A stretch of 64,000 nucleotides of DNA, taken from the NCBI GenBank assembly GCA_963665125.2, contig CAXXUK010000001.1, forward strand, positions 384,001 to 448,000, read 5' to 3'. This DNA is from an uncultured Desulfarculus sp. Lineage in GTDB: Bacteria > Desulfobacterota > Desulfarculia > Desulfarculales > Desulfarculaceae. The stretch's first letter is position 1. Each line of letters starts with the position of its first letter. The notes under the pieces are model-generated. The model did no database searches, was not told where the DNA came from, and saw nothing but the letters and a program-made list of their open reading frames with translations. The translations under genes were made by a program, and so were the position numbers. This document shows positions 9,196 to 17,350 of the stretch, one piece after another.

Positions 9196-10425
9196 ATGGA
9201 AAAAAAAGAAATCCTGGAACTGGCCAGACAGTATGTCTGTCCGGGCAAGCTGGACACTTTCGCCATGATCGGCGTGGATCTGGTCATCGGCGACAGGCAG
9301 GGCCCGTATCTGTTCGATGTCGACGGCCAAAGGCTTATCGATCTGCACATCAACGGCGGCACCTTCAGCCTGGGTCACCGCAACCCGGAACTCGTCGCGG
9401 TGCTCAAGGCGGCTTTGGACGAGGTGGACGTCGGCAACCACCATTTCGCCAGCAAGGCCAGGGCCCTGTTGGCCCAAAAGCTGGCCCAAAACACGCCGGG
9501 CGATCTGCATTACACAGTCTTTGCCTCGGGCGGCAGCGAGGCCGTGGACATCGCCGTAAAAACCGCGCGCTGGGCCACAAAGCGGCGGCAGATCGTTTCC
9601 CTGGACAAGGGCTATCACGGCAGCACCGGCATATCCGGCAATGTGGGCGACCCGGCAAACATGGACTTTTTTCTGAGCCGAGGCACAAAGCTCGATTATG
9701 AGCACGTGCCGTTCAATGACCTGGCGGCCATGGAGAATGTCCTCAAAAAAGAGCAGACCGCGGCCGTGATCATGGAGACCATCCCGGCTACCTACGGCTT
9801 CCCTTTGCCCGCCGACGGCTACCTGAGCGGCGTGCGGGAACTGTGCTCCAAATACGGCGCGCTCTACATCGCCGACGAGGTGCAGACCGGCCTGGGCCGC
9901 ACCGGACACATGTGGGGCGTTGATGCCTTTGGCGTCGCGCCGGACATCTTGATCACCGGCAAGGGCCTCTCCGGCGGCATCTACCCCATCGCGGCCACGG
10001 TGATCGCCAAGCAATACGGCGGCTGGCTCACGGAAAACGGCTTTGGCCATATCTCCACCTTTGGCGGGGCAGAACCGGGCTGCCATGTTGCCTCCCGGGT
10101 CATCGACATCTGCTCCGACCCGGCCCTGTTGACCTCGGTAAGGGAGCATGCGGCCATTTTGGGCGACGGCTTTGCCCAACTGCAAAGCAGCTACCCGTTC
10201 CTCAAGGAAATCCGGCAGTGCGGCCTGGTCATCGGCCTGCAATACGACGACCCCATGGGCGCCGTGAATATGTGCAAGGCCCTGTACGAAAACGGCGTGT
10301 GGGCCATGATCGCCGGTTTTGATTACTCGGTGATGCAATGCAAGCCCTGGCTGTATCTGGACGAGGCCCTGATCGGCGACATCCTGGACAGGTTTGAGAC
10401 GGCCTTGAAGATATGTTCGTCCTAG
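9196..10425 (+). CDS. class III PLP-dependent aminotransferase-family protein
   Basis: SLGH, SGGSEAVD, YHG, DEVQTG, TGKGLSGG (PLP Lys), STFGG. Confidence 0.9.
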   Translation: MEKKEILELARQYVCPGKLDTFAMIGVDLVIGDRQGPYLFDVDGQRLIDLHINGGTFSLGHRNPELVAVLKAALDEVDVGNHHFASKARALLAQKLAQNTPGDLHYTVFASGGSEAVDIAVKTARWATKRRQIVSLDKGYHGSTGISGNVGDPANMDFFLSRGTKLDYEHVPFNDLAAMENVLKKEQTAAVIMETIPATYGFPLPADGYLSGVRELCSKYGALYIADEVQTGLGRTGHMWGVDAFGVAPDILITGKGLSGGIYPIAATVIAKQYGGWLTENGFGHISTFGGAEPGCHVASRVIDICSDPALLTSVREHAAILGDGFAQLQSSYPFLKEIRQCGLVIGLQYDDPMGAVNMCKALYENGVWAMIAGFDYSVMQCKPWLYLDEALIGDILDRFETALKICSS

Positions 10426-10471
10426 GCCGCGGCAAGGCCTGAAACCGCCTCCCGGCTTAAAGGAGCGGAAA

Positions 10472-11389
10472 ATGCTTTCAACTGAATTTCTGCAAAAATT
10501 CGAACAAGGCCTCGACCCCCAAAAGCCGCAAGACTCATCCATTCCGGCCAGGATCGTCGGCTATGGCGAGATGTCGGCCATCTTCGCCTTGGAAGCAGAC
10601 AAGGAAAACGTCTACAAGCGCATGCCTCTTTTCGGCGACATCCAAGGCGCCGAGCGGTACCAGCGGATGTACTATGAATATTGCGATCTGCTGGAAAAGG
10701 CCGGGCTGAATCTGCCAGGCCACGACACCAGGCTGGTGGCTGCGCCGGGCAGGCCGGTTTCCCTGTACATAGCCCAGAAAGCCCAACCTGAAAGCAACTT
10801 CGCCCACAAACGGATTCAACAACCCGATGACGCGGCATGTCTGAAATTGATCGGATCGGTCGTAGACGAGACCAGTAAGGTCTGGGCCTTCAACGCCGCC
10901 AATTCGCCGGAAGTGGCTCTGGCCATCGACGGCCAGCTTTCCAACTGGGTCCTGGACGCCGGGGAGTCCAATAAACTCTACTATATCGACACCAGCACGC
11001 CGCTTTATTGCATCCGGGGCATTGAACAGCAGGATCCTGAGTTGCTGCTGCAGAGCGCTCCGTCCTTTATGCGCTGGGTCATCCGCCTGTTTTTCCTGGA
11101 AGGCGTGATGACCCGCTATTACGCGCCCCGGCTGGTATTTACCGATCTGGTCGCCAATCTGTACAAGGAGCAACGGCCGGAGCTGATCGAACCGGCCATC
11201 GCCTTGGTCAATGACGGGATGCCCGCCGGCCAGGAGCCCCTGACCAAAACCGAGGTGGATAAATACTACAGGGAAGACAAGATGATCTGGCGGGTCTTCC
11301 TGGGCCTGCGGCGCTTTGACCGCTTCATAACCACCAAACTTTTGCGAAAGCGCTACGAATTCATCTTACCCGGCAAGATCAAACGATAA
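10472..11389 (+). CDS. uncharacterised protein with protein-kinase-like (APH/Kdo/RIO-type) motifs
   Basis: IVGYGEMS (Gly loop), VYKR (beta3 Lys), IDGQLSNW (DxxxxN catalytic loop), YYIDT (DFG-equivalent); AAGGAG RBS. Confidence 0.7.
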   Translation: MLSTEFLQKFEQGLDPQKPQDSSIPARIVGYGEMSAIFALEADKENVYKRMPLFGDIQGAERYQRMYYEYCDLLEKAGLNLPGHDTRLVAAPGRPVSLYIAQKAQPESNFAHKRIQQPDDAACLKLIGSVVDETSKVWAFNAANSPEVALAIDGQLSNWVLDAGESNKLYYIDTSTPLYCIRGIEQQDPELLLQSAPSFMRWVIRLFFLEGVMTRYYAPRLVFTDLVANLYKEQRPELIEPAIALVNDGMPAGQEPLTKTEVDKYYREDKMIWRVFLGLRRFDRFITTKLLRKRYEFILPGKIKR

Positions 11390-11398
11390 GGAGCCGCC

Positions 11399-12730
11399 AT
11401 GTGCGATACCATTGCCGCCGCGCCCGGGGCCACCGCCGACGGCGTCACCCTATTCGGCAAGAACTCCGACCGCGAGCCCAACGAGGCCCAGAACCTGTGC
11501 CATGTTCCCGGCCGTGAGTTTGAGCCCGGCTCGACCGTGCAATGCACGTATGTCTCCATCCCCCAGGTGGAGCGGACCAACACGATGCTATTAAGCAAGC
11601 CGTTTTGGATGTGGGGCGCGGAAATGGGCGTCAACGAGCACGGCCTGGCCATCGGCAACGAGGCGGTGTTCACCAAAGTGCCATATGAAAAGGCCCCGGC
11701 CCTTACCGGCATGGACCTGTTGCGCCTGGCCCTGGAGCGGGCCGCCACGGCCCGGGAGGCGGTGGCGGTTATCACCGGCCTGCTGGCCGCCCACGGCCAG
11801 GGCGGCAACTGCGGCTACACCCACAAGCTCTATTATCACAACAGCTTTTTGATGGCCGACCCGACCGAGGTCTGGGTCCTGGAAACGGCCGGTCCCCACT
11901 GGGCCGGCAAGAAAATCAACGGGGTGTATTCCATATCCAACAAAATCACCATCGAGTCGGATTGGGACCTGGCCTCCGATGAGCTGGTGGATTACGCCGT
12001 GCAAAAGAAATGGTGCCGCTCGGCGGCGGATTTTTCCTTTGCCCGCTGCTACAGCGACTTCCTGTACTCCAAGTTCAGTGCCGCCGAGCATCGTTGCGGT
12101 TGCTCCAGGCATCTGCTTGCCGCCAAACAGGGCAAGCTTGCGGTCGGCGATTTCTTTGCTGTCTTGCGGGACCATGGCGATAGTTCAGGCGATTCATACC
12201 GGCCGGACAAGGGGCTGTTCGTCTCCCAGGTCTGCAATCACGCGGCATGGGGACCGGTGCGAATCAGCCAGACCGTGGGTTCGCTGGTCAGCCGCCTGAC
12301 TCCGGGCCTGGCCACGCATTTTGTCACCGGCACCGCCGCGCCTTGCACCAGCGTGTTCAAACCCATTTGGATCGACACGCCAGGGGCCTTGCCGACTCAA
12401 CCGGCGGACAAGACCTGCGATGGGCAAAGCCTGTTCTGGCGGCATGAAAGACTCCATCGCCGGGTGCTGCAAAACTATCCGCAGGGCATGGGGGTGATTG
12501 CTCCGGCCAGGGACGAACTGGAGGCCGGGCTGCTGGAGCAGGCCCTTGGCGCGTCCGGCGCGGACCGGTCCGTTCGCGAACAAATCGCCAAACAGGCCTT
12601 TGGGCAAGGCGATAAATTTATAAATGAGAGTCTGGCCGCGTTGCAAGGCCAATCAAAGGCTGGCGGTTCCGGATTTTTGTATGCACAGGCCTGGCGCAAG
12701 TGGAACAAGGCGGCCGGTGTGCCCGATTAA
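11399..12730 (+). CDS. C69-family dipeptidase / secernin-like Ntn-hydrolase
   Basis: N-terminal MCDT nucleophile, FGKNSDREPNE, WMWGAEMGVNEHGLAIGNE, GMDLLRLALER. Confidence 0.9.
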   Translation: MCDTIAAAPGATADGVTLFGKNSDREPNEAQNLCHVPGREFEPGSTVQCTYVSIPQVERTNTMLLSKPFWMWGAEMGVNEHGLAIGNEAVFTKVPYEKAPALTGMDLLRLALERAATAREAVAVITGLLAAHGQGGNCGYTHKLYYHNSFLMADPTEVWVLETAGPHWAGKKINGVYSISNKITIESDWDLASDELVDYAVQKKWCRSAADFSFARCYSDFLYSKFSAAEHRCGCSRHLLAAKQGKLAVGDFFAVLRDHGDSSGDSYRPDKGLFVSQVCNHAAWGPVRISQTVGSLVSRLTPGLATHFVTGTAAPCTSVFKPIWIDTPGALPTQPADKTCDGQSLFWRHERLHRRVLQNYPQGMGVIAPARDELEAGLLEQALGASGADRSVREQIAKQAFGQGDKFINESLAALQGQSKAGGSGFLYAQAWRKWNKAAGVPD

Positions 12731-12756
12731 AACGTCCGTCCGGCTTCGACAGAGCC

Positions 12757-14517
12757 CTATCCGGCGGCTTCCACAGTCTGGTTTTTACCCCTGGCCTTGG
12801 CCTGATACAGGGCCTGGTCGGCCCGCTTGACCACGGTCTTTGAGTCTTCGTTCAGTCGAAGCTGGGCCGCGCCCAGGCTGACGGTTACCTTGACCTGCAT
12901 GCCAGGCGAAGGTTCAAAAACGTGGCGGGCAAAGCCCTGCCTGATACGTTCGCCAATTTCCAGAATGGCCTGTCCTTCAACGCCGGGAAGGATCAGCGCG
13001 AATTCCTCGCCGCCATAGCGGCAGGGCGAGTCGTCCAGGCGCACCGCGCTTTGCATCTGTTTGCCCAGGACCGCCAGCACCTTGTCGCCTTCGGTATGAC
13101 CATAGGTGTCGTTGAAGCGTTTGAAATCATCCACGTCCAACAAAATAAGGCCCATGGGGTCGCCTGTTTCATGGGCGTGCCTTGTTTCGCTGTCCAACTT
13201 GTTCCAGAAATAGCGTGAGTTGAACAGGCCGGTGAGCTCGTCGGTCAGGCTGAGGTGGCGGTACCGCCGTTCGCGCTGCACAAGGATTTGCCGCTCGTTT
13301 TGGATCTCCCTGATACGGTCGGCCAGGGCCATGGATAAAAGTATGCTTTCGATGGCGGCGGCGATGGTCATCAGTGAGCGGGGCAGGGGCACCAGCAGGT
13401 TGAGCCCCATGCTCCAGGCCCCCCAGGCCATGGCGCCCAATAGCAGCACGCACCAGGCGATCAGGTAGAAGCGCGCAGGCCGGAAGCCTCTGCTCATTGC
13501 CTGGGTGCCCGCGGCAATGGCGATTACGGGAGCCACCAGGGCAAGGCTGTGGATGAGCCATGTCCCGTACCAGATTTGGTTGGTCAGGGCCAGGACAAAC
13601 AGCACCACGGACGCCGCCTGCGTAGCCCTGAGGAATTTATGGATCAGCGGGGTGTTTGTCTTGGTGATCAAAAATGCGCTGCTGAACTCGGCGCCGAAGA
13701 ACAACAGGAACGACGAGGACACCAGGCTTATGGCCGGGATCAGATGCCAAAGCTCCTTGGGTAGGAATAGCACTTGACCCTGCAAACAAAACTGGTGGGC
13801 GATGATGCTGACCATGTAGAGGATATAGCGCAGATAGACCTTGTCGCGGGTGGCCAGAAACACCAGAGTGTTGAACAGCAGCATTGCCCCCATCACGCCG
13901 TAGAGCGCCCCGAACAGATAGGTTTCATGTACGACGCAATCTTCAAAATCGCTACGCGAATAGATGCGCAGCCCCGCGTTGAGCGACAATACCGATTGAA
14001 GGCGGAGGTAGGCGAATCCTTTCCTGGGGGTGTCGTCCGGGGCCAAAAAGGCGAACAGACCCAGGCGGCTGGTGGGCGATGGCTGCTGGAGTCCGGTTGA
14101 ATTTTCCAGCCAGCCGCCATTGGGCAGGGGCAGATAATAATCTATCCGGTCCATCCACGGCGCGGCTACGTCCAAGACCCATGGACCGGTTGCCGGCGTT
14201 TGATCCAGGTCTATGCGCACCCACAGCGGCGAACGGTTGAAGCCCAGCGATACGCGGTTTCTCTCAATGGTTTTATAGCTTGCGGCTGTTTGCGGTGATG
14301 CCGCGCGCTCGATGTCCATTTCTTCGCTTGGGTCCTCGAGCAGGCCTATATGCGTTGGAGGTTGCGCTTGGGTGGAGGCGGGAACCGAATCGCAGGCGGC
14401 GCACACCAGAATGAGCAATATCAATATCAGAATTGATTTGTAACCCGGCAGATGGCTGTACGCAACTGTTGGTTTGATTGAGCCGTTGGTTACATTTGTC
14501 AAGCCTTCTGACTCCAT
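12757..14517 (-). CDS. 7TM-DISM sensor diguanylate cyclase
   Basis: Periplasmic domain with LGFNRSPLWVR, about 7 hydrophobic helices, TDELTGLFN, DVDDFKRFNDTYGH, RxxD I-site, RYGGEEF. Confidence 0.9.
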   Translation of the reverse strand: MESEGLTNVTNGSIKPTVAYSHLPGYKSILILILLILVCAACDSVPASTQAQPPTHIGLLEDPSEEMDIERAASPQTAASYKTIERNRVSLGFNRSPLWVRIDLDQTPATGPWVLDVAAPWMDRIDYYLPLPNGGWLENSTGLQQPSPTSRLGLFAFLAPDDTPRKGFAYLRLQSVLSLNAGLRIYSRSDFEDCVVHETYLFGALYGVMGAMLLFNTLVFLATRDKVYLRYILYMVSIIAHQFCLQGQVLFLPKELWHLIPAISLVSSSFLLFFGAEFSSAFLITKTNTPLIHKFLRATQAASVVLFVLALTNQIWYGTWLIHSLALVAPVIAIAAGTQAMSRGFRPARFYLIAWCVLLLGAMAWGAWSMGLNLLVPLPRSLMTIAAAIESILLSMALADRIREIQNERQILVQRERRYRHLSLTDELTGLFNSRYFWNKLDSETRHAHETGDPMGLILLDVDDFKRFNDTYGHTEGDKVLAVLGKQMQSAVRLDDSPCRYGGEEFALILPGVEGQAILEIGERIRQGFARHVFEPSPGMQVKVTVSLGAAQLRLNEDSKTVVKRADQALYQAKARGKNQTVEAAG

Positions 14518-14800
14518 GTTTGGGGGTGGAGTAGGGTTAAGGCCGATTCAACGAGATTGTTTGCATTGATATTATAAAACATGCCAATATGACGAAAATA
14601 CTACAATATTCGGTCTTGAAAATGGTATAGTCCTCTTCCTTGATTGTCAAATAAAAACCCTGTGCTAAATGATCGCCAACGTTCATGGAAAACACGTAAG
14701 TATACTTCCAAAACTGGTTTGTTGGGGAACCGATGGGCGTTGTGACCAGCGCCTCGAAAGAGGATGGATAGTGATTAAATAGTGGTGGTTAGGTTGTGAC

Positions 14801-15454
14801 TTATTGCCTAACCAGGGCCCCGCTTACCAAAAATTCCACCGAATCCCTGATGAATTCCATCATGTCCGTGTCATAGAGGGTCAGGCCCATGGCGGCGACT
14901 TTTTTGTTGACCCTCCGGGCCTGGGAAAGGGTCTGGCCGTGACCAATGACCAGGGCGTAAATTCTTAGGGCAAGACGCGACGAGTCCTCGAAGGATAGTA
15001 AGGGCCATTTATGGGTTATGGCCCGGCCAACCTCATTAGCCATCAGGGCCATGTGAACCTTTGACTCGAACAGCTGTTGCTCCCTGGTGCGATTGTCCAG
15101 CAGGATGTAGGTCAGGCTGGTCAGGTTCAACAACAGGGGATTGTCGTAAATATAAGCCAGAAGGGCGTCGGCGATTTCGCGTCTGGAGCTGTCGCTCGGC
15201 AGCTTGTTCAGGTTTTGGGCGATGGAATCGACCCATAGCTGGATTTGTTGCAGGAATACGGCCAGATAGATTTCCTCCTTTGATTTGAAATAAAGATAAA
15301 CCGTTCCCTTGGCCAAACCGGCCTTGGCCGCGATTTCATTCACGGTTGAGGTGCCGCCTTTGTTTTTTTTATATAGGGCCCAGGCCGAATCGATGATGTG
15401 CGCTCTGCGGCGCTCTTTTGCTCCGTCGGATATGGCGCGCTTTTGAACCGGCAT
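14801..15454 (-). CDS. TetR family regulator
   Basis: HTH TVNEIAAKAGLAKGTVYLYFKSKEEI; start moved to ATG 15454. Confidence 0.88.
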   Translation of the reverse strand: MPVQKRAISDGAKERRRAHIIDSAWALYKKNKGGTSTVNEIAAKAGLAKGTVYLYFKSKEEIYLAVFLQQIQLWVDSIAQNLNKLPSDSSRREIADALLAYIYDNPLLLNLTSLTYILLDNRTREQQLFESKVHMALMANEVGRAITHKWPLLSFEDSSRLALRIYALVIGHGQTLSQARRVNKKVAAMGLTLYDTDMMEFIRDSVEFLVSGALVRQ

Positions 15455-15561
15455 CCTGGAATCCGATCTACCTATGCGGGGTGAAGTCGTAAACAGGCCG
15501 GGGCCCTGGGCTCTCGGCAATCCAACATATCAAACCTGTTAGACCGCGTAAACAACAAGAA

Positions 15562-15605
15562 CCGGGGCCGGTCCAACCCGTGGGAGAGGATTGAACCGGC
15601 CCCGG
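15562..15605. terminator. stem-loop between the ADC-like gene and TetR
   Basis: CCGGGGCCGGT...ACCGGCCCCGG; T-rich tail on the minus strand. Confidence 0.55.
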
Positions 15606-15693
15606 CGTTACCAGGCCCAGCGGCGTCAAGCTGCCCGCCCGACAGCTTGACGCGACAAGGCCGGTTTTTTGAAAAGATATTTCCGTCGTGTTG

Positions 15694-16509
15694 TTAGGCA
15701 TCCAGTGGATACTGGTGAACCACTTCGGCCTTGACGAATGACATGGTGCTGCGAACGAACAGCCCGGCGGTAACTTCCTTTGGCTCGAAATCCCGCAGAT
15801 TGTCGTTTTCATTGCCGCCGAAAGTAAGCTCTGCATCGCCAACCCACAGTTCGTGCACCTTTTCGTTCTCCGAATGCAGCTTTACCAGCTCACAGTTCAT
15901 CAACAGCTTGCCGGGGTCGGTGCAGTCGGGCCAATGCCTGACACCGTAGAACGGGGCTGCCGGATACATGCTGGGGTCACCCTGCATCTTGACATCCACC
16001 AGGGCGTCAAAGACGTTGTGGTGATGCCGCGTCAGACCGCCCCGGAGCTTGGAGCCGACGCCCAGCGGCGGGATGGTGAAGTGGCCGTCGCGCGGCTGGG
16101 ACAAATAGATTTGCCCCAGTTTCTTTGGCCAGCCGTAGAACCAGCCGCCGACCATGGCCCAGTCGGAGTCTACGCAGAGATAAGGTACGATGGCCGCGTC
16201 TTCGCCCTTGTATTTACAGAACAAAATTATGCCGGCTTCGCGGTATTTTGCCCGTTCTGGGTTTTTCCAGAACAGATCCTCTTTGCCGTCGGGCACGTTG
16301 AGCAAATCGCCCACCCAGACGGCCGCCGAGCCCGGCTCGTCCGGCGGCTCGAGGGGCGCGGGAATCCAGGCGTTTAACTTTTCCGGGTCGCCCTTGAAGG
16401 TCACGCAAATCATTTCCATCAGCAGGTGATGGGGGAACGGCGACAGTAGTTCAGCGGAACCGTCCGGTGATAGGGGCAAGGTGGTTCCCTTTAAATTGGG
16501 CACTGACAT
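15694..16509 (-). CDS. acetoacetate decarboxylase-like superfamily protein
   Basis: P.PLEP, Y.EA, VDSD.AM..G..YGWPKKLG (Schiff-base Lys), W.GDAEL motifs; GGAGG RBS. Confidence 0.82.
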   Translation of the reverse strand: MSVPNLKGTTLPLSPDGSAELLSPFPHHLLMEMICVTFKGDPEKLNAWIPAPLEPPDEPGSAAVWVGDLLNVPDGKEDLFWKNPERAKYREAGIILFCKYKGEDAAIVPYLCVDSDWAMVGGWFYGWPKKLGQIYLSQPRDGHFTIPPLGVGSKLRGGLTRHHHNVFDALVDVKMQGDPSMYPAAPFYGVRHWPDCTDPGKLLMNCELVKLHSENEKVHELWVGDAELTFGGNENDNLRDFEPKEVTAGLFVRSTMSFVKAEVVHQYPLDA

Positions 16510-16557
16510 TTTTTCCTCCTGGTTGCTAGCAAAGGGCCTTCGGCTTTGATGGTTATT

Positions 16558-16764
16558 AAATGACCTGTAGTCATTTGAGGTGATTTAATAATGACCGACG
16601 GTCACGTGTCAATAGATTTTTATTGTAGGTCGACTGGAATATGACGCAATATAGTGCATAAATGGCAATAAAGCAGTGAAAACGCAAACAATTGCACGTC
16701 GAGCACGATCAGAAAAAATAATTGACTCTGTGTCAAAAAATAATTGATAAATGACTAAAGGTCA
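16558..16764. promoter_or_regulatory. four TGAC-N5-GTCA operator sites
   Basis: TGACctgtaGTCA 16561-16573, TGACcgacgGTCA 16592-16604, TGACtctgtGTCA 16723-16735, TGACtaaagGTCA 16752-16764. Confidence 0.75.
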
Positions 16765-16854
16765 TCTATTGTTGTTTGTGGGTTCGCGGCGGGGTCGGTT
16801 CCCGTTCGCGCTTACCGCTGCTTAGACGATAAATCCAGGTAAAGGGGAAGGTAG

Positions 16855-17280
16855 ATGTCACTGAGAAACAAGCTGGCGTTTGTTTGTTTTGCTCTGGTTT
16901 GTTTGGCCGCTTTGGCGGTTGGGCTGCGTTACACGTTCGCTACCCAGATCACGGCTTACCACCAACAGGGAATGGGAGTCAGCTGGGAGGAAATGTCGCC
17001 AACGGCCCAGGTCCAGACCGTCAATTACATGCGGGCGGGCGGTTTGGGTTTTCTGGTGGTGGCCGCGTCCATGGGTTTTTTATTGGCCATCCCTTTTCGG
17101 CGTGGCGAGGGTTGGGCCCGCTGGGCCCTGGCTACGGTTGCCTTGATTTATACGGGCGGCGAATGCGCGCTCCTTGTGGACATCATCAACCGGACCAGCG
17201 CTTCGCCTCCGTTGCTGCCCATGGCCATTGCCGTCGGATTCACGCTTGCCGGATTTTTCCTGGCCCATGCCGAACAATAG
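16855..17280 (+). CDS. small integral membrane protein (about 4 TM), unknown function
   Basis: Four hydrophobic segments; GGGGAAGG RBS; first gene of the AOR unit. Confidence 0.7.
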   Translation: MSLRNKLAFVCFALVCLAALAVGLRYTFATQITAYHQQGMGVSWEEMSPTAQVQTVNYMRAGGLGFLVVAASMGFLLAIPFRRGEGWARWALATVALIYTGGECALLVDIINRTSASPPLLPMAIAVGFTLAGFFLAHAEQ

Positions 17281-17350
17281 TACCTGCCGCCGAGAACCGG
17301 GCTGGGGGTAACGGCAATTGTCATATTGGTTTCTTACTGGAGCATTCAAC

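Noticed and set aside
9070..10542. 490-aa minus-strand ORF; similar long antisense ORFs at 19243-20520, 31148-32350, 35674-37509, 40813-42114, 54662-56032, 56134-58086 and 60025-61458
   Set aside because: They mirror well-supported genes on the other strand and have no motifs; stop-poor antisense frames are expected with high-GC codon bias
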